A stretch of 25,958 nucleotides of DNA, taken from IMG/VR virus record IMGVR_UViG_3300020255_000010, positions 1-25,958 of that record; one strand, 5' to 3'. The translations under genes were made by a program, and so were the position numbers. Positions 7,400 to 15,145 of the stretch are shown here, piece after piece. Every line of letters starts with the position of its first letter. The stretch's first letter is position 1. The DNA comes from a virus. Taxonomy: Duplodnaviria; Caudoviricetes. The notes beneath the pieces were generated by a model. It searched no databases, was not told the DNA's origin, and saw only the letters and a program-made list of their open reading frames with translations.

Positions 7400-8113
7400 A
7401 TGGCATTACCAAAGCTAAATGTACCTGAATATCATTTAAAATTACCTTCGTCTGGTAAAACTGTTAAATATAGACCATTTCTAGTAAAAGAAGAAAAACT
7501 TCTATTTCTTGCAATGGAAACAGGTGAGCAAAAAGATCTTATTAATGCAGTTAAGAATATTCTTTTATCATGCACCAATTTGAAGAGTGTAAATAGTTTA
7601 TCTACATTCGATATTGAATTTCTTTTCTTGAAAATTCGCACCAGATCTGTTGGTGAGAATGTGGATGTGTCTGTTACATGTCCTGATGATAATGAAACTG
7701 AAGTGAAAGTTTCAATTCCATTAGATGAAATTGAAGTTAAAAAAGATCCATCACACACTAAAACTCTTAAATTGAGTGATGAAGTTATATTAACGATGGG
7801 ATATCCTAGTTTGGATATGTTTGTTAAATCAAACTTTACAGGTGAAGGTGTAACTGATATGGATCAGATATTTGAACTTGCAGCAGGATGTGCTGAAAGT
7901 ATTGCTGATTCACAGCAAGTTTATCCATGTAAGGATCAACCAAAGAAGGAATTGCTTGAATTCTTTGGTGATATGAATACTAAGCAGTTTCAGTTGGTTC
8001 AATCCTTCTTTGAAACAATGCCTAAATTATCACACACTATTGAAGTAACCAACCCCAAAACAAAAGTGAAATCTGAAGTTGTGCTTGAGGGATTAACCAG
8101 TTTTTTCGGGTAG
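7400..8113 (+). CDS. gp26: Baseplate hub assembly protein gp26
   Basis: MALPKL..P.Y.L.LPSSGK.VKYRPFLVKEEKLL, FDIEFLFLKIR.RSVGE, FFETMPKLSH, LEGLTSFF. Confidence 0.92.
   Translation: MALPKLNVPEYHLKLPSSGKTVKYRPFLVKEEKLLFLAMETGEQKDLINAVKNILLSCTNLKSVNSLSTFDIEFLFLKIRTRSVGENVDVSVTCPDDNETEVKVSIPLDEIEVKKDPSHTKTLKLSDEVILTMGYPSLDMFVKSNFTGEGVTDMDQIFELAAGCAESIADSQQVYPCKDQPKKELLEFFGDMNTKQFQLVQSFFETMPKLSHTIEVTNPKTKVKSEVVLEGLTSFFG
8101..8107 (+). other. Candidate -1 ribosomal frameshift slippery heptamer T TTT TTC
   Basis: X XXY YYZ in phase with gp26 codons (AGT TTT TTC GGG TAG); the -1 frame is open into the gp51-like sequence; GAGGG SD-like element at 8087-8091. Confidence 0.65.
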
Positions 8114-8298
8114 CCCTTCTACACAATAATTTAAGAACCTATTATGAGGCTAACTTTGCATTAATGCACCACCACAAGTGGAATATTGAATATATTGAAA
8201 ACTTAATGCCTTGGGAGAAGGAAATATACGTTAATATGCTAATAACATTCCTAAAAGAAGAGGAAAGACGTTACAAGGAGCAACAAGTTAGTGGCTAA
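8107..8298 (+). CDS. gp51: gp51-like baseplate hub assembly catalyst (missed by ORF track); probably reached by -1 frameshift, first ATG at 8164
   Basis: Manual translation RVALLHNNLRTYYEANFALMHHHKWNIEYIENLMPWEKEIYVNMLITFLKEEERRYKEQQVSG*; YY..NF.LM.HHK....IENLMPWE.EIY is the gp51 signature. Confidence 0.85.
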   Translation, partial: RVALLHNNLRTYYEANFALMHHHKWNIEYIENLMPWEKEIYVNMLITFLKEEERRYKEQQVSG

Positions 8299-10297
8299 AA
8301 TAGTATCATACAAATTTGTTAGTCCAGTCGTGGCATCTACTGCTACTCCTGCGACTAAAGCTTCAGGTAACCTTTTAGTTGCTCAGAATAGGATTGGGAA
8401 AACTGTAGAGGGGATTGGAGCAACACTAGAAGTTGCTGTGATATCTAATAATGCATATTTGAAATTTTTGAATGAACAAAAAAAGCAAAAGAAGAAGAAA
8501 ATAAGAAGGCAGAGGGATTTAGCAGCAGAAAATAGACAGGAAGGTAAGAAACCTGGAAAGGATACACCTACATCTGCTGATCTTAAACCTACAGATGAGG
8601 AAGAAGAAGAGATAGAAGAGATAGAGAATCCATTTTTAGCGTGGTTGAATAGTGCTATTGCACCACTGGTCAATTTCTTTAAGGATATTGTTGGATTAAT
8701 TGTAGCTAAGGAAATCCTTGATTGGATGAAGGATCCTGCTAATACTGAAAGACTTGCAGATACTCTTCATAAAGCAGGTGTTGTATTTGGCACTTTAGCT
8801 AAATGGATGGGAGGGTTTGCTAATAATGTTCTTGAAGGATTTACTACTTTAATAGATCCAGAAGCTACTTTTTGGGAGAGGTTAAAAGGTTTTGGTGAAT
8901 TATTGATAGGTCTTGCAGGAATAAAGTATCTATTAAATCCATTTTCATTAATTACTGATATTGTTTGGCTTTCTAATTTATTATCGGATATAAACCCCTT
9001 TAAAGGACCAGATGCAGATGATGTAGATGGAAAAACAAAAAAGAAGAAAAGTGGAATAGATGATGATGGTAATTTTAAAAAGGTAAAAAAGAAGCAGATA
9101 GTTGATCCTGATGGAACTATAAGAAAAAAACTTAAGTCAGAGATTAAACTTTCTGATTTAGGTTTGGATGATGATCAGATACGTGCATTTAAAAAGGCAA
9201 GGGAAGGTGGAGCTACAGTAAAAGATGCACTTACTCAAGCAAGAAAGATTAAAGGTGTAAAACCTAAAAGTGGTTGGTGGAATAAAATAACAACTGCTAC
9301 TGGTGATCTTATTGATGGTATTTCAGATTGGGCGGTTAAAACTTTTAATGACAATATGAAACGGATGGCCGATTTTGGTCAAAGTTTAAGAAATCAATAT
9401 GATAATGCAACAAAAGCTGCTGGTGATTGGTTTGGTAAACAAGCTAAAAACGTACAGGATGGTATTAGTAAAAAGATAATGGCTCCTCTTATGGAGTTTT
9501 TAGAACCAGCTATAAAACCAATTTTGGCCATGAAGGATTCATTGATGAAGAATCTAATGAAGATTCCTGGTTTAGAGAAGTTGCTTAAGAAAATTGGTCT
9601 TACTTCTCTTGAGGGTGCTGGATCCATTGCTAAGAAAATGGGTGCTAAAGCATTACCTTGGATTGGTGGTCTTATCAATATACTTTTTGCATATGATAGG
9701 TTTGCTAGTGGAGATTTAGTTGGAGGTATAATTGAGTCAGTATCTGGAGCATTAGATATTGCTGGTATGTGGCCAGGTTCTTTAGCACTTGATGCTTATA
9801 TGTTTGGTAGAGATATGTTCCCTGAAACTGTAATGGGAGCAGAAGAAAATTTAATTGATTTAATACCAGGTGCAACTTCTGTTAAAGGTAAGATAGAGAG
9901 TGTTATAGGCAAACTACCTGATTTAGGACAAATTATCAATATGCTTACTGGTGGTGAAAAGGGTGAAAAGGGACAAATAACTTTAGAAACTGGTGATCCT
10001 ACAGAAGAGAAATCAATGGGTGGTTTGATAGGATCTGACAGTAATTATGGTCAACCTTCACCATCGTTTATAAATCCTACTTCTGTTGGTGGAGTTTCTC
10101 CAGCACCACGATTTAAGAGAGTTAACAATAATAAGATACCTTCATTCTCTGCACAATATGCTATAATGTCTAATGAAGTTGAATCAGTTGCTGTTCCAAT
10201 TCCAATTGCGTTTGCAGAAGCAGTACCTGTTGCGATGCCAATAAATACTTCTGCAGAAGTAATTGTATCAAGACCTTCACCTTTGCTTAGTAAGTAA
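8291..10297 (+). CDS. Tape-measure-like / ejected virion protein 1
   Basis: GTG start; long helical protein with hydrophobic and amphipathic segments (KALPWIGGLINILFAYDRFASGDLVGGIIE); follows gp26/gp51. Confidence 0.6.
   Translation: MAKIVSYKFVSPVVASTATPATKASGNLLVAQNRIGKTVEGIGATLEVAVISNNAYLKFLNEQKKQKKKKIRRQRDLAAENRQEGKKPGKDTPTSADLKPTDEEEEEIEEIENPFLAWLNSAIAPLVNFFKDIVGLIVAKEILDWMKDPANTERLADTLHKAGVVFGTLAKWMGGFANNVLEGFTTLIDPEATFWERLKGFGELLIGLAGIKYLLNPFSLITDIVWLSNLLSDINPFKGPDADDVDGKTKKKKSGIDDDGNFKKVKKKQIVDPDGTIRKKLKSEIKLSDLGLDDDQIRAFKKAREGGATVKDALTQARKIKGVKPKSGWWNKITTATGDLIDGISDWAVKTFNDNMKRMADFGQSLRNQYDNATKAAGDWFGKQAKNVQDGISKKIMAPLMEFLEPAIKPILAMKDSLMKNLMKIPGLEKLLKKIGLTSLEGAGSIAKKMGAKALPWIGGLINILFAYDRFASGDLVGGIIESVSGALDIAGMWPGSLALDAYMFGRDMFPETVMGAEENLIDLIPGATSVKGKIESVIGKLPDLGQIINMLTGGEKGEKGQITLETGDPTEEKSMGGLIGSDSNYGQPSPSFINPTSVGGVSPAPRFKRVNNNKIPSFSAQYAIMSNEVESVAVPIPIAFAEAVPVAMPINTSAEVIVSRPSPLLSK
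10242..10247 (+). promoter_or_regulatory. Possible internal late promoter for the second tape-measure-like gene
   Basis: ATAAATA about 50 nt upstream of ATG 10297, inside the preceding CDS; may be chance in AT-rich DNA. Confidence 0.4.
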
Positions 10298-12420
10298 TGC
10301 CAAAAGTAGTCGCTAAAAAACCAGCAAAGATAGACTTTTATAAGTTTGTAAAACCTGAGAAATCTCGTACAACGGATGCAGCTCAGAAAGGATTAGTAGA
10401 AGCTCTTAATAATAATATAAGAGCAACTAATAATCAAGGATCAACTATAAATTCAATTGCAAATGTTCTTAAGGATTTTGTTGAAACACAAAGGCGTGTA
10501 TTTGAGAGTATGACTTCAGATGTTGATACTGGGTTTACTGCACAATTTACAAAACCACAAGTTGATGATGAAGAAGAAGTCATAGAGGTTGAAGAGTTAG
10601 AAGGTCCAAAGATGCCTAGCTTCCTAGAAGGTATATTCAATCTGTTTAAAGATTTTATGGTATTGGCTCTTGCTCAACCAATTATGAAATGGTTGAGTGA
10701 TCCTCAAAATACAGAGAAAATAAAAAAGACTGTTGAAGTCTTAGGAAAATTCTTTATGGGGGTTGCAGATTTTCTTGGTGATAGGATAGTTGGATTAATT
10801 GATAATCTATATGGGTTTTTTGATCCTTCTAAAAATTGGTGGGAAAAATTAGGGAATTTACTTGGAGGACTTGCTGATTTTGCAGGATTGTTTATTGCTA
10901 TTAGGTGGTTGACAAATCCATTAAAGATATTAGATGATCTTGGTGCAGTATTTAAACTTTTAATTAAGACATTGACAGGGAGTAAGAAAAAATTGAAAAA
11001 TTCATTGAAACGAGCAGGTGTAGCTGGTCTTCTTGTAGGTGGTGGATTATTAGCCTATCAAGCAATGACTAAAAGTGACCTTGAGAATGAAGCTTCAGGT
11101 GGTAATAATGATGAAAAGGGAACAACAATTGAAATGGCAATGGGTGGATGGATTCAAGGTCCAATGTCTGGATATCCAGTATCATTAGATGGTGGTAAAA
11201 CTACTGCATTTATAGGTCATGGCACAGAATATGTTGCACAAAAAGCAGGTGGTGGATTTGTAGTTCCTGTTGATACACCAGCAACGAGAAAGAATCCTGC
11301 TTTGATGGGTCAAAGAATGACTGAAGGGCAGAATTTGGGATTTAATATGGATAATTTCTTTGGTGGTAATTTAAATCCAGGTTTTTCAGAGGGTGGATCT
11401 GTGTATGCTCCTGTATTAGATCTTATTGCCAAATATGAGGCTGGTCCTCATGGTTGGGAGGCAATGTATCCTAGTACAAGACTTGAAGGTGCTACTAAAA
11501 TGACAATATCTGATGTTGCAAAGAAAGCAACAGGTGCTGTTGGTATGTACCAGAATCTACCACGATATTTGGTTGGTAGAGCAAATGCAGTTGGATTAGA
11601 TCCTAATAAAGATGTGTATGATAAGAAAAATCAGACAAAAATTGCAGAATATTTGATTGGTAGAGGTCAGGCAGGTGTAACTCCTCAAATGATGAAAGAT
11701 AATCCTGCTAAGGCTATGGAAAGGTTATCTAAAGTATGGGCAGCAATTCCTGTTCCTAGGAACATGCAAGGGCATGTTCGTGAAGTTGAAATGGGTGAGA
11801 GTTATTATGCTGGTGATGGAGCAAATAAGGCACATATTACACCAGAAATGATGTATACTGCTATGAAGAAGGTTAGTGGACAACCTATTAAATCTGAAAT
11901 TAAAGCAACAATTGATCCTCAACAACTACAGAGTGAAGTTTCTAAGGATCCAGTAAGTGCATTTCAGACAATGATAACTGGATTTGATGATGCTTTTAAA
12001 GGTAATACTGAATCTATAAAAGAAAAACTTTCGGGATTAGCAAATACTTTTTCTGAAGCATTTAATCCCAGTAGTTTTAAAGAACAATTGACTAATATTA
12101 CTTCAGATGGATCATCAGGATCAATGGGTAGCACAAAGACTGTAAAGGAAGAGAAGGAAAAGGTTGATGCTGCAAAGACAGAGAAGAAGCAAGCACAACT
12201 TACTATGATTCAGCAAGTTCAACAAATTGCTCAGGCTGCTAATGAAAAGGTTAAAGCAGTTGCTGCTAAACATGCAGAGCAAACTGCTTCGGCAGAAAAT
12301 GCAGCAAATAGTAAGAAACCAGTAGTCATACCTTCTGGTGGTAATACACATACTCAGGATTTGATTGCTCAATTAAATTCTGGAAACAATCCTTTAAAAG
12401 TATTTACAGGTAGCTGCTAA
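10297..12420 (+). CDS. Tape-measure-like virion protein 2 with lysozyme-like (lambda-type/GH104-like) domain
   Basis: N-terminus paralogous to 8291 ORF; MAMGGWIQGPMSG..HGTEYV motif; LDLIAKYE..GAVGMYQ..LSKVWAAIP..SYYAGDGANKAH muramidase-like pattern at about 11401-11875. Confidence 0.68.
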   Translation: MPKVVAKKPAKIDFYKFVKPEKSRTTDAAQKGLVEALNNNIRATNNQGSTINSIANVLKDFVETQRRVFESMTSDVDTGFTAQFTKPQVDDEEEVIEVEELEGPKMPSFLEGIFNLFKDFMVLALAQPIMKWLSDPQNTEKIKKTVEVLGKFFMGVADFLGDRIVGLIDNLYGFFDPSKNWWEKLGNLLGGLADFAGLFIAIRWLTNPLKILDDLGAVFKLLIKTLTGSKKKLKNSLKRAGVAGLLVGGGLLAYQAMTKSDLENEASGGNNDEKGTTIEMAMGGWIQGPMSGYPVSLDGGKTTAFIGHGTEYVAQKAGGGFVVPVDTPATRKNPALMGQRMTEGQNLGFNMDNFFGGNLNPGFSEGGSVYAPVLDLIAKYEAGPHGWEAMYPSTRLEGATKMTISDVAKKATGAVGMYQNLPRYLVGRANAVGLDPNKDVYDKKNQTKIAEYLIGRGQAGVTPQMMKDNPAKAMERLSKVWAAIPVPRNMQGHVREVEMGESYYAGDGANKAHITPEMMYTAMKKVSGQPIKSEIKATIDPQQLQSEVSKDPVSAFQTMITGFDDAFKGNTESIKEKLSGLANTFSEAFNPSSFKEQLTNITSDGSSGSMGSTKTVKEEKEKVDAAKTEKKQAQLTMIQQVQQIAQAANEKVKAVAAKHAEQTASAENAANSKKPVVIPSGGNTHTQDLIAQLNSGNNPLKVFTGSC

Positions 12421-13814
12421 TGGGAATGTTAAGACAAAGTGCTAGTGACGTAAGTTTTTCTCTTAAAGTTAGGAGGGATGGTCAATACTTATCAAATGCT
12501 GATGGTGCAAGCAGTTTGGAAGATTTTGTTATGGCATGTAATATTACTGAAGGTATTGATAGTGCAGGTATTTCTGCAGAAATTGTTTTGCAAGATAGTG
12601 CAGGATTAATTAATTCGTTTACTGGTAGTGAAGAATGGATAATTAGAATTGATACATCTACAGGATCAAAAGCATGGTCTCTTGTTACATATTCCATTGA
12701 TAGTAGAGCAAGGTCTGGTAATGCAGAATCGTATATTGTAAAAGCTGTAAGTTATGAGTTTCTACTTAATGAATGTACTAATATATTTGGGGCATCTGAA
12801 GTAATATTTAAAGATTCTAGTTCAAATAGAGCAAAGGATTTAGTTACCTATCTTTTAGGTAAGGGTGGGATGCAAGGTCAACCAGATGGAGGTAGTGCAA
12901 AATTAACTAAGAAGAAGGTTTATGTTGAAGATTCTAATAATGATCATAAATTCATTGCTTGTAATTGGAGAGCATTTGATACGATTTATTGGATAGGACA
13001 AAGATCTGTTAGAGGTGATAATCAAAATGGATACTTATTCTGGGAAAATACTTTTGGATTTCATTTTAAATCAATTGATAAAATAATTGAAGATGTTAAT
13101 AATCAAGACTATGATACTAAGACTGATGTTTCACAGGGTATAGCAAGATTATATCGATATAGTTATGAACCTAAACAAAGTGATGATATAGCAAATGATA
13201 ATTTAAGAATTAAGAGTATAGTATTTCCAGAAGAAACTAATTATCTACGTGGAATGAGAAATGGTGCATGGGCAGTTAATGTAGTTGCTTTAGATCCAAT
13301 TGCTATTCCAAATTCTGAGGTATCACCAGAGCATAATACTGCAGGACCAACATATGTAACTACTATATCGGATGAGTGGTCTAAGATGTCTCATGTTAAA
13401 GGTGGATCTAATCCAGTAGAATCATATGGAAGTGCTACTAAGGGAATGGTTTTACATCCAAGAAGAATTAAGTATGTTTTAAAACCTAATAGAATATTTG
13501 ATCAAATGGGTAAACAGGAAGATACTAAGGTTTATAATAACACAGCACCAATGACTGCTTATCAGCATTTAAGAGTGCAGTCACTTAAAAATCTTCAGTT
13601 GTTAGTAACTGTTCCTGGAAATGTGGATTTATATGCTGGTTATGGTGTAGATATTAATATCCCTGCAACAAAACTGAAGGGTGATAAGATGGTAAGAGAT
13701 AAAAAGTATAGTGGTAGATACGTTATTGGAGCAGTCAGGCATAAGTATGATGGCACTACTCTAGACACAGAAATGTTGGTTTACAGAGATTCTATACCAC
13801 AAAACCCAACCTAA
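12420..13814 (+). CDS. Baseplate hub protein (gp27-like)
   Basis: YLFWENTFGFHFKSIDKI, VTVPGNVDLYAG, KYSGRYVIGAVRHK hub-type motifs; between tape-measure-like genes and gp5. Confidence 0.68.
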   Translation: MGMLRQSASDVSFSLKVRRDGQYLSNADGASSLEDFVMACNITEGIDSAGISAEIVLQDSAGLINSFTGSEEWIIRIDTSTGSKAWSLVTYSIDSRARSGNAESYIVKAVSYEFLLNECTNIFGASEVIFKDSSSNRAKDLVTYLLGKGGMQGQPDGGSAKLTKKKVYVEDSNNDHKFIACNWRAFDTIYWIGQRSVRGDNQNGYLFWENTFGFHFKSIDKIIEDVNNQDYDTKTDVSQGIARLYRYSYEPKQSDDIANDNLRIKSIVFPEETNYLRGMRNGAWAVNVVALDPIAIPNSEVSPEHNTAGPTYVTTISDEWSKMSHVKGGSNPVESYGSATKGMVLHPRRIKYVLKPNRIFDQMGKQEDTKVYNNTAPMTAYQHLRVQSLKNLQLLVTVPGNVDLYAGYGVDINIPATKLKGDKMVRDKKYSGRYVIGAVRHKYDGTTLDTEMLVYRDSIPQNPT

Positions 13815-13832
13815 TGGTATAATATCTAAATA
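13815..13832 (+). promoter_or_regulatory. Extended -10 promoter plus late promoter core upstream of cp12
   Basis: TGGTATAAT (TGnTATAAT, 13815-13823) immediately followed by CTAAATA (13826-13832). Confidence 0.6.
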
Positions 13833-13855
13833 ATTAAGCAGATACACTTTTAATT

Positions 13856-14122
13856 ATGACCGAAAAACAACACGATCTAGATCATGAAGTTTATCTTGAT
13901 CCTAAAGACCATAAGGAGCATATCAATCATGGTATGTTGGAGTATACTGAGGCAGATCTAAAAGATGTTCATGCAAATTATGATGAATATCATAAAGGTG
14001 ATGAAGTAAATACTAATGAAGGTAAGATTAATGATTGGCACACTAGACATGAGGATAAAGGATTAGAAGTCTACTGTGATAATCATCCTGATGCTTTTGA
14101 ATGTAGAGTGTATGACGAGTGA
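13856..14122 (+). CDS. cp12: CP12-family Calvin cycle inhibitor
   Basis: C-terminal LEVYCDNHPDAFECRVYDE signature; lacks the N-terminal Cys pair; His/acidic N-terminus. Confidence 0.88.
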   Translation: MTEKQHDLDHEVYLDPKDHKEHINHGMLEYTEADLKDVHANYDEYHKGDEVNTNEGKINDWHTRHEDKGLEVYCDNHPDAFECRVYDE

Positions 14123-14567
14123 TTTTGAAGAATACCTTTTAGGAAATTATAATAATATAAGACAGGCACAATCAAATCCTACGGAATATGCTCAACTGTG
14201 TGTTTCGTGGGAAGAGATTGATGGTGGGTATAGATCTAAGAACTATTATAGAAGAGATGGACCCAATAAACCTTATAGAGAAAGAAATCATAAAATTGTA
14301 GAGATATCTGATACTGAAGTAATTGTTGAGAATTATGATCTTGAGTGGACAAGATGTGAATCTTGTGATATGATCTTTAAAAGAAGTGATAATGGTTGGC
14401 ATGGGAAACTCTTATCGGAAGATAAGTGTATTGTCAGAGGTGCTAAACTTATTGCTGAAATTCATTTAACTGGAGATGGTCTTAATAGTAGAGACCGAGG
14501 TGAAGATACTGAAGGTAATAAGATCTTTGGTGGAGATTCACTATATAAATTTAAACGAGCATCATAA
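14112..14567 (+). CDS. cpeT: CpeT/CpcT-like bilin lyase
   Basis: LLGNYNN.RQAQSNP, Y....PNKPYRER, CDMIF, C.VRGA, SRDRG.D..G..IFG..YKF. ATG 14112 preferred over 14076. Confidence 0.85.
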   Translation: MTSDFEEYLLGNYNNIRQAQSNPTEYAQLCVSWEEIDGGYRSKNYYRRDGPNKPYRERNHKIVEISDTEVIVENYDLEWTRCESCDMIFKRSDNGWHGKLLSEDKCIVRGAKLIAEIHLTGDGLNSRDRGEDTEGNKIFGGDSLYKFKRAS

Positions 14568-15124
14568 TGGATTTTCCCATATTCCAAGTCAACCTGAAAC
14601 ATTATTCTATTCGTGACTGGAAGAACCGTAAACAGAAATTGGTGGATAAATTGCCTAATGGTGAATACACTGATTTCTTACAGTATAAGAGGGAGTTAGA
14701 GGTACCTCCATATCTTGATGAACTATCTGATTTGGTTAGTGAAGAGATAGATGATTTTAGACAAACTTATCCAGTACCAGTTATAATATCAAATGCCTGG
14801 TGTGAAAGAGCAAATAGAGGAGATTATCATTGTGTCCATCAACATGGCACTACTGGATATTCTGCTGTGTTGTATGTTGAATTTAACTCTTCTGAACATG
14901 AGGCAACTAAATTCTATTCTCCTTTCACTGAACCTGGTACTGGAGATTTGATGGAATATCAACCTATAGTAAAGGAAGGAGACTTACTTATTTTCCCATC
15001 TTCATTATTACATGAAGGTCCAATGAATAAGAGTGATCATGAAAGAGTCATAGTATCCTTTAATATTATGGGGGAAGGTGAAGCAAATGCTTATAATGCA
15101 GGATTGCAGTCATCGCATAAATAA
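14567..15124 (+). CDS. Putative 2OG-Fe(II) oxygenase (TIGR02466-like)
   Basis: AW...H..HQH, YSAVLYV, EGDLLIFPSSLLH, RVIVSFNI. Confidence 0.85.
   Translation: MDFPIFQVNLKHYSIRDWKNRKQKLVDKLPNGEYTDFLQYKRELEVPPYLDELSDLVSEEIDDFRQTYPVPVIISNAWCERANRGDYHCVHQHGTTGYSAVLYVEFNSSEHEATKFYSPFTEPGTGDLMEYQPIVKEGDLLIFPSSLLHEGPMNKSDHERVIVSFNIMGEGEANAYNAGLQSSHK
15118..15123 (+). promoter_or_regulatory. Late promoter core upstream of gp5
   Basis: CATAAATA 22 nt before ATG 15146. Confidence 0.6.
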
Positions 15125-15145
15125 ATTTAAACTTAGTTTTTTCAA

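Noticed and set aside
8108-8116. GGG-TAG-CCC mini-hairpin as frameshift stimulator
   Set aside because: Only 3 bp and directly adjacent to the heptamer, so it would lie inside the ribosome; I found no convincing downstream stimulatory structure by eye.
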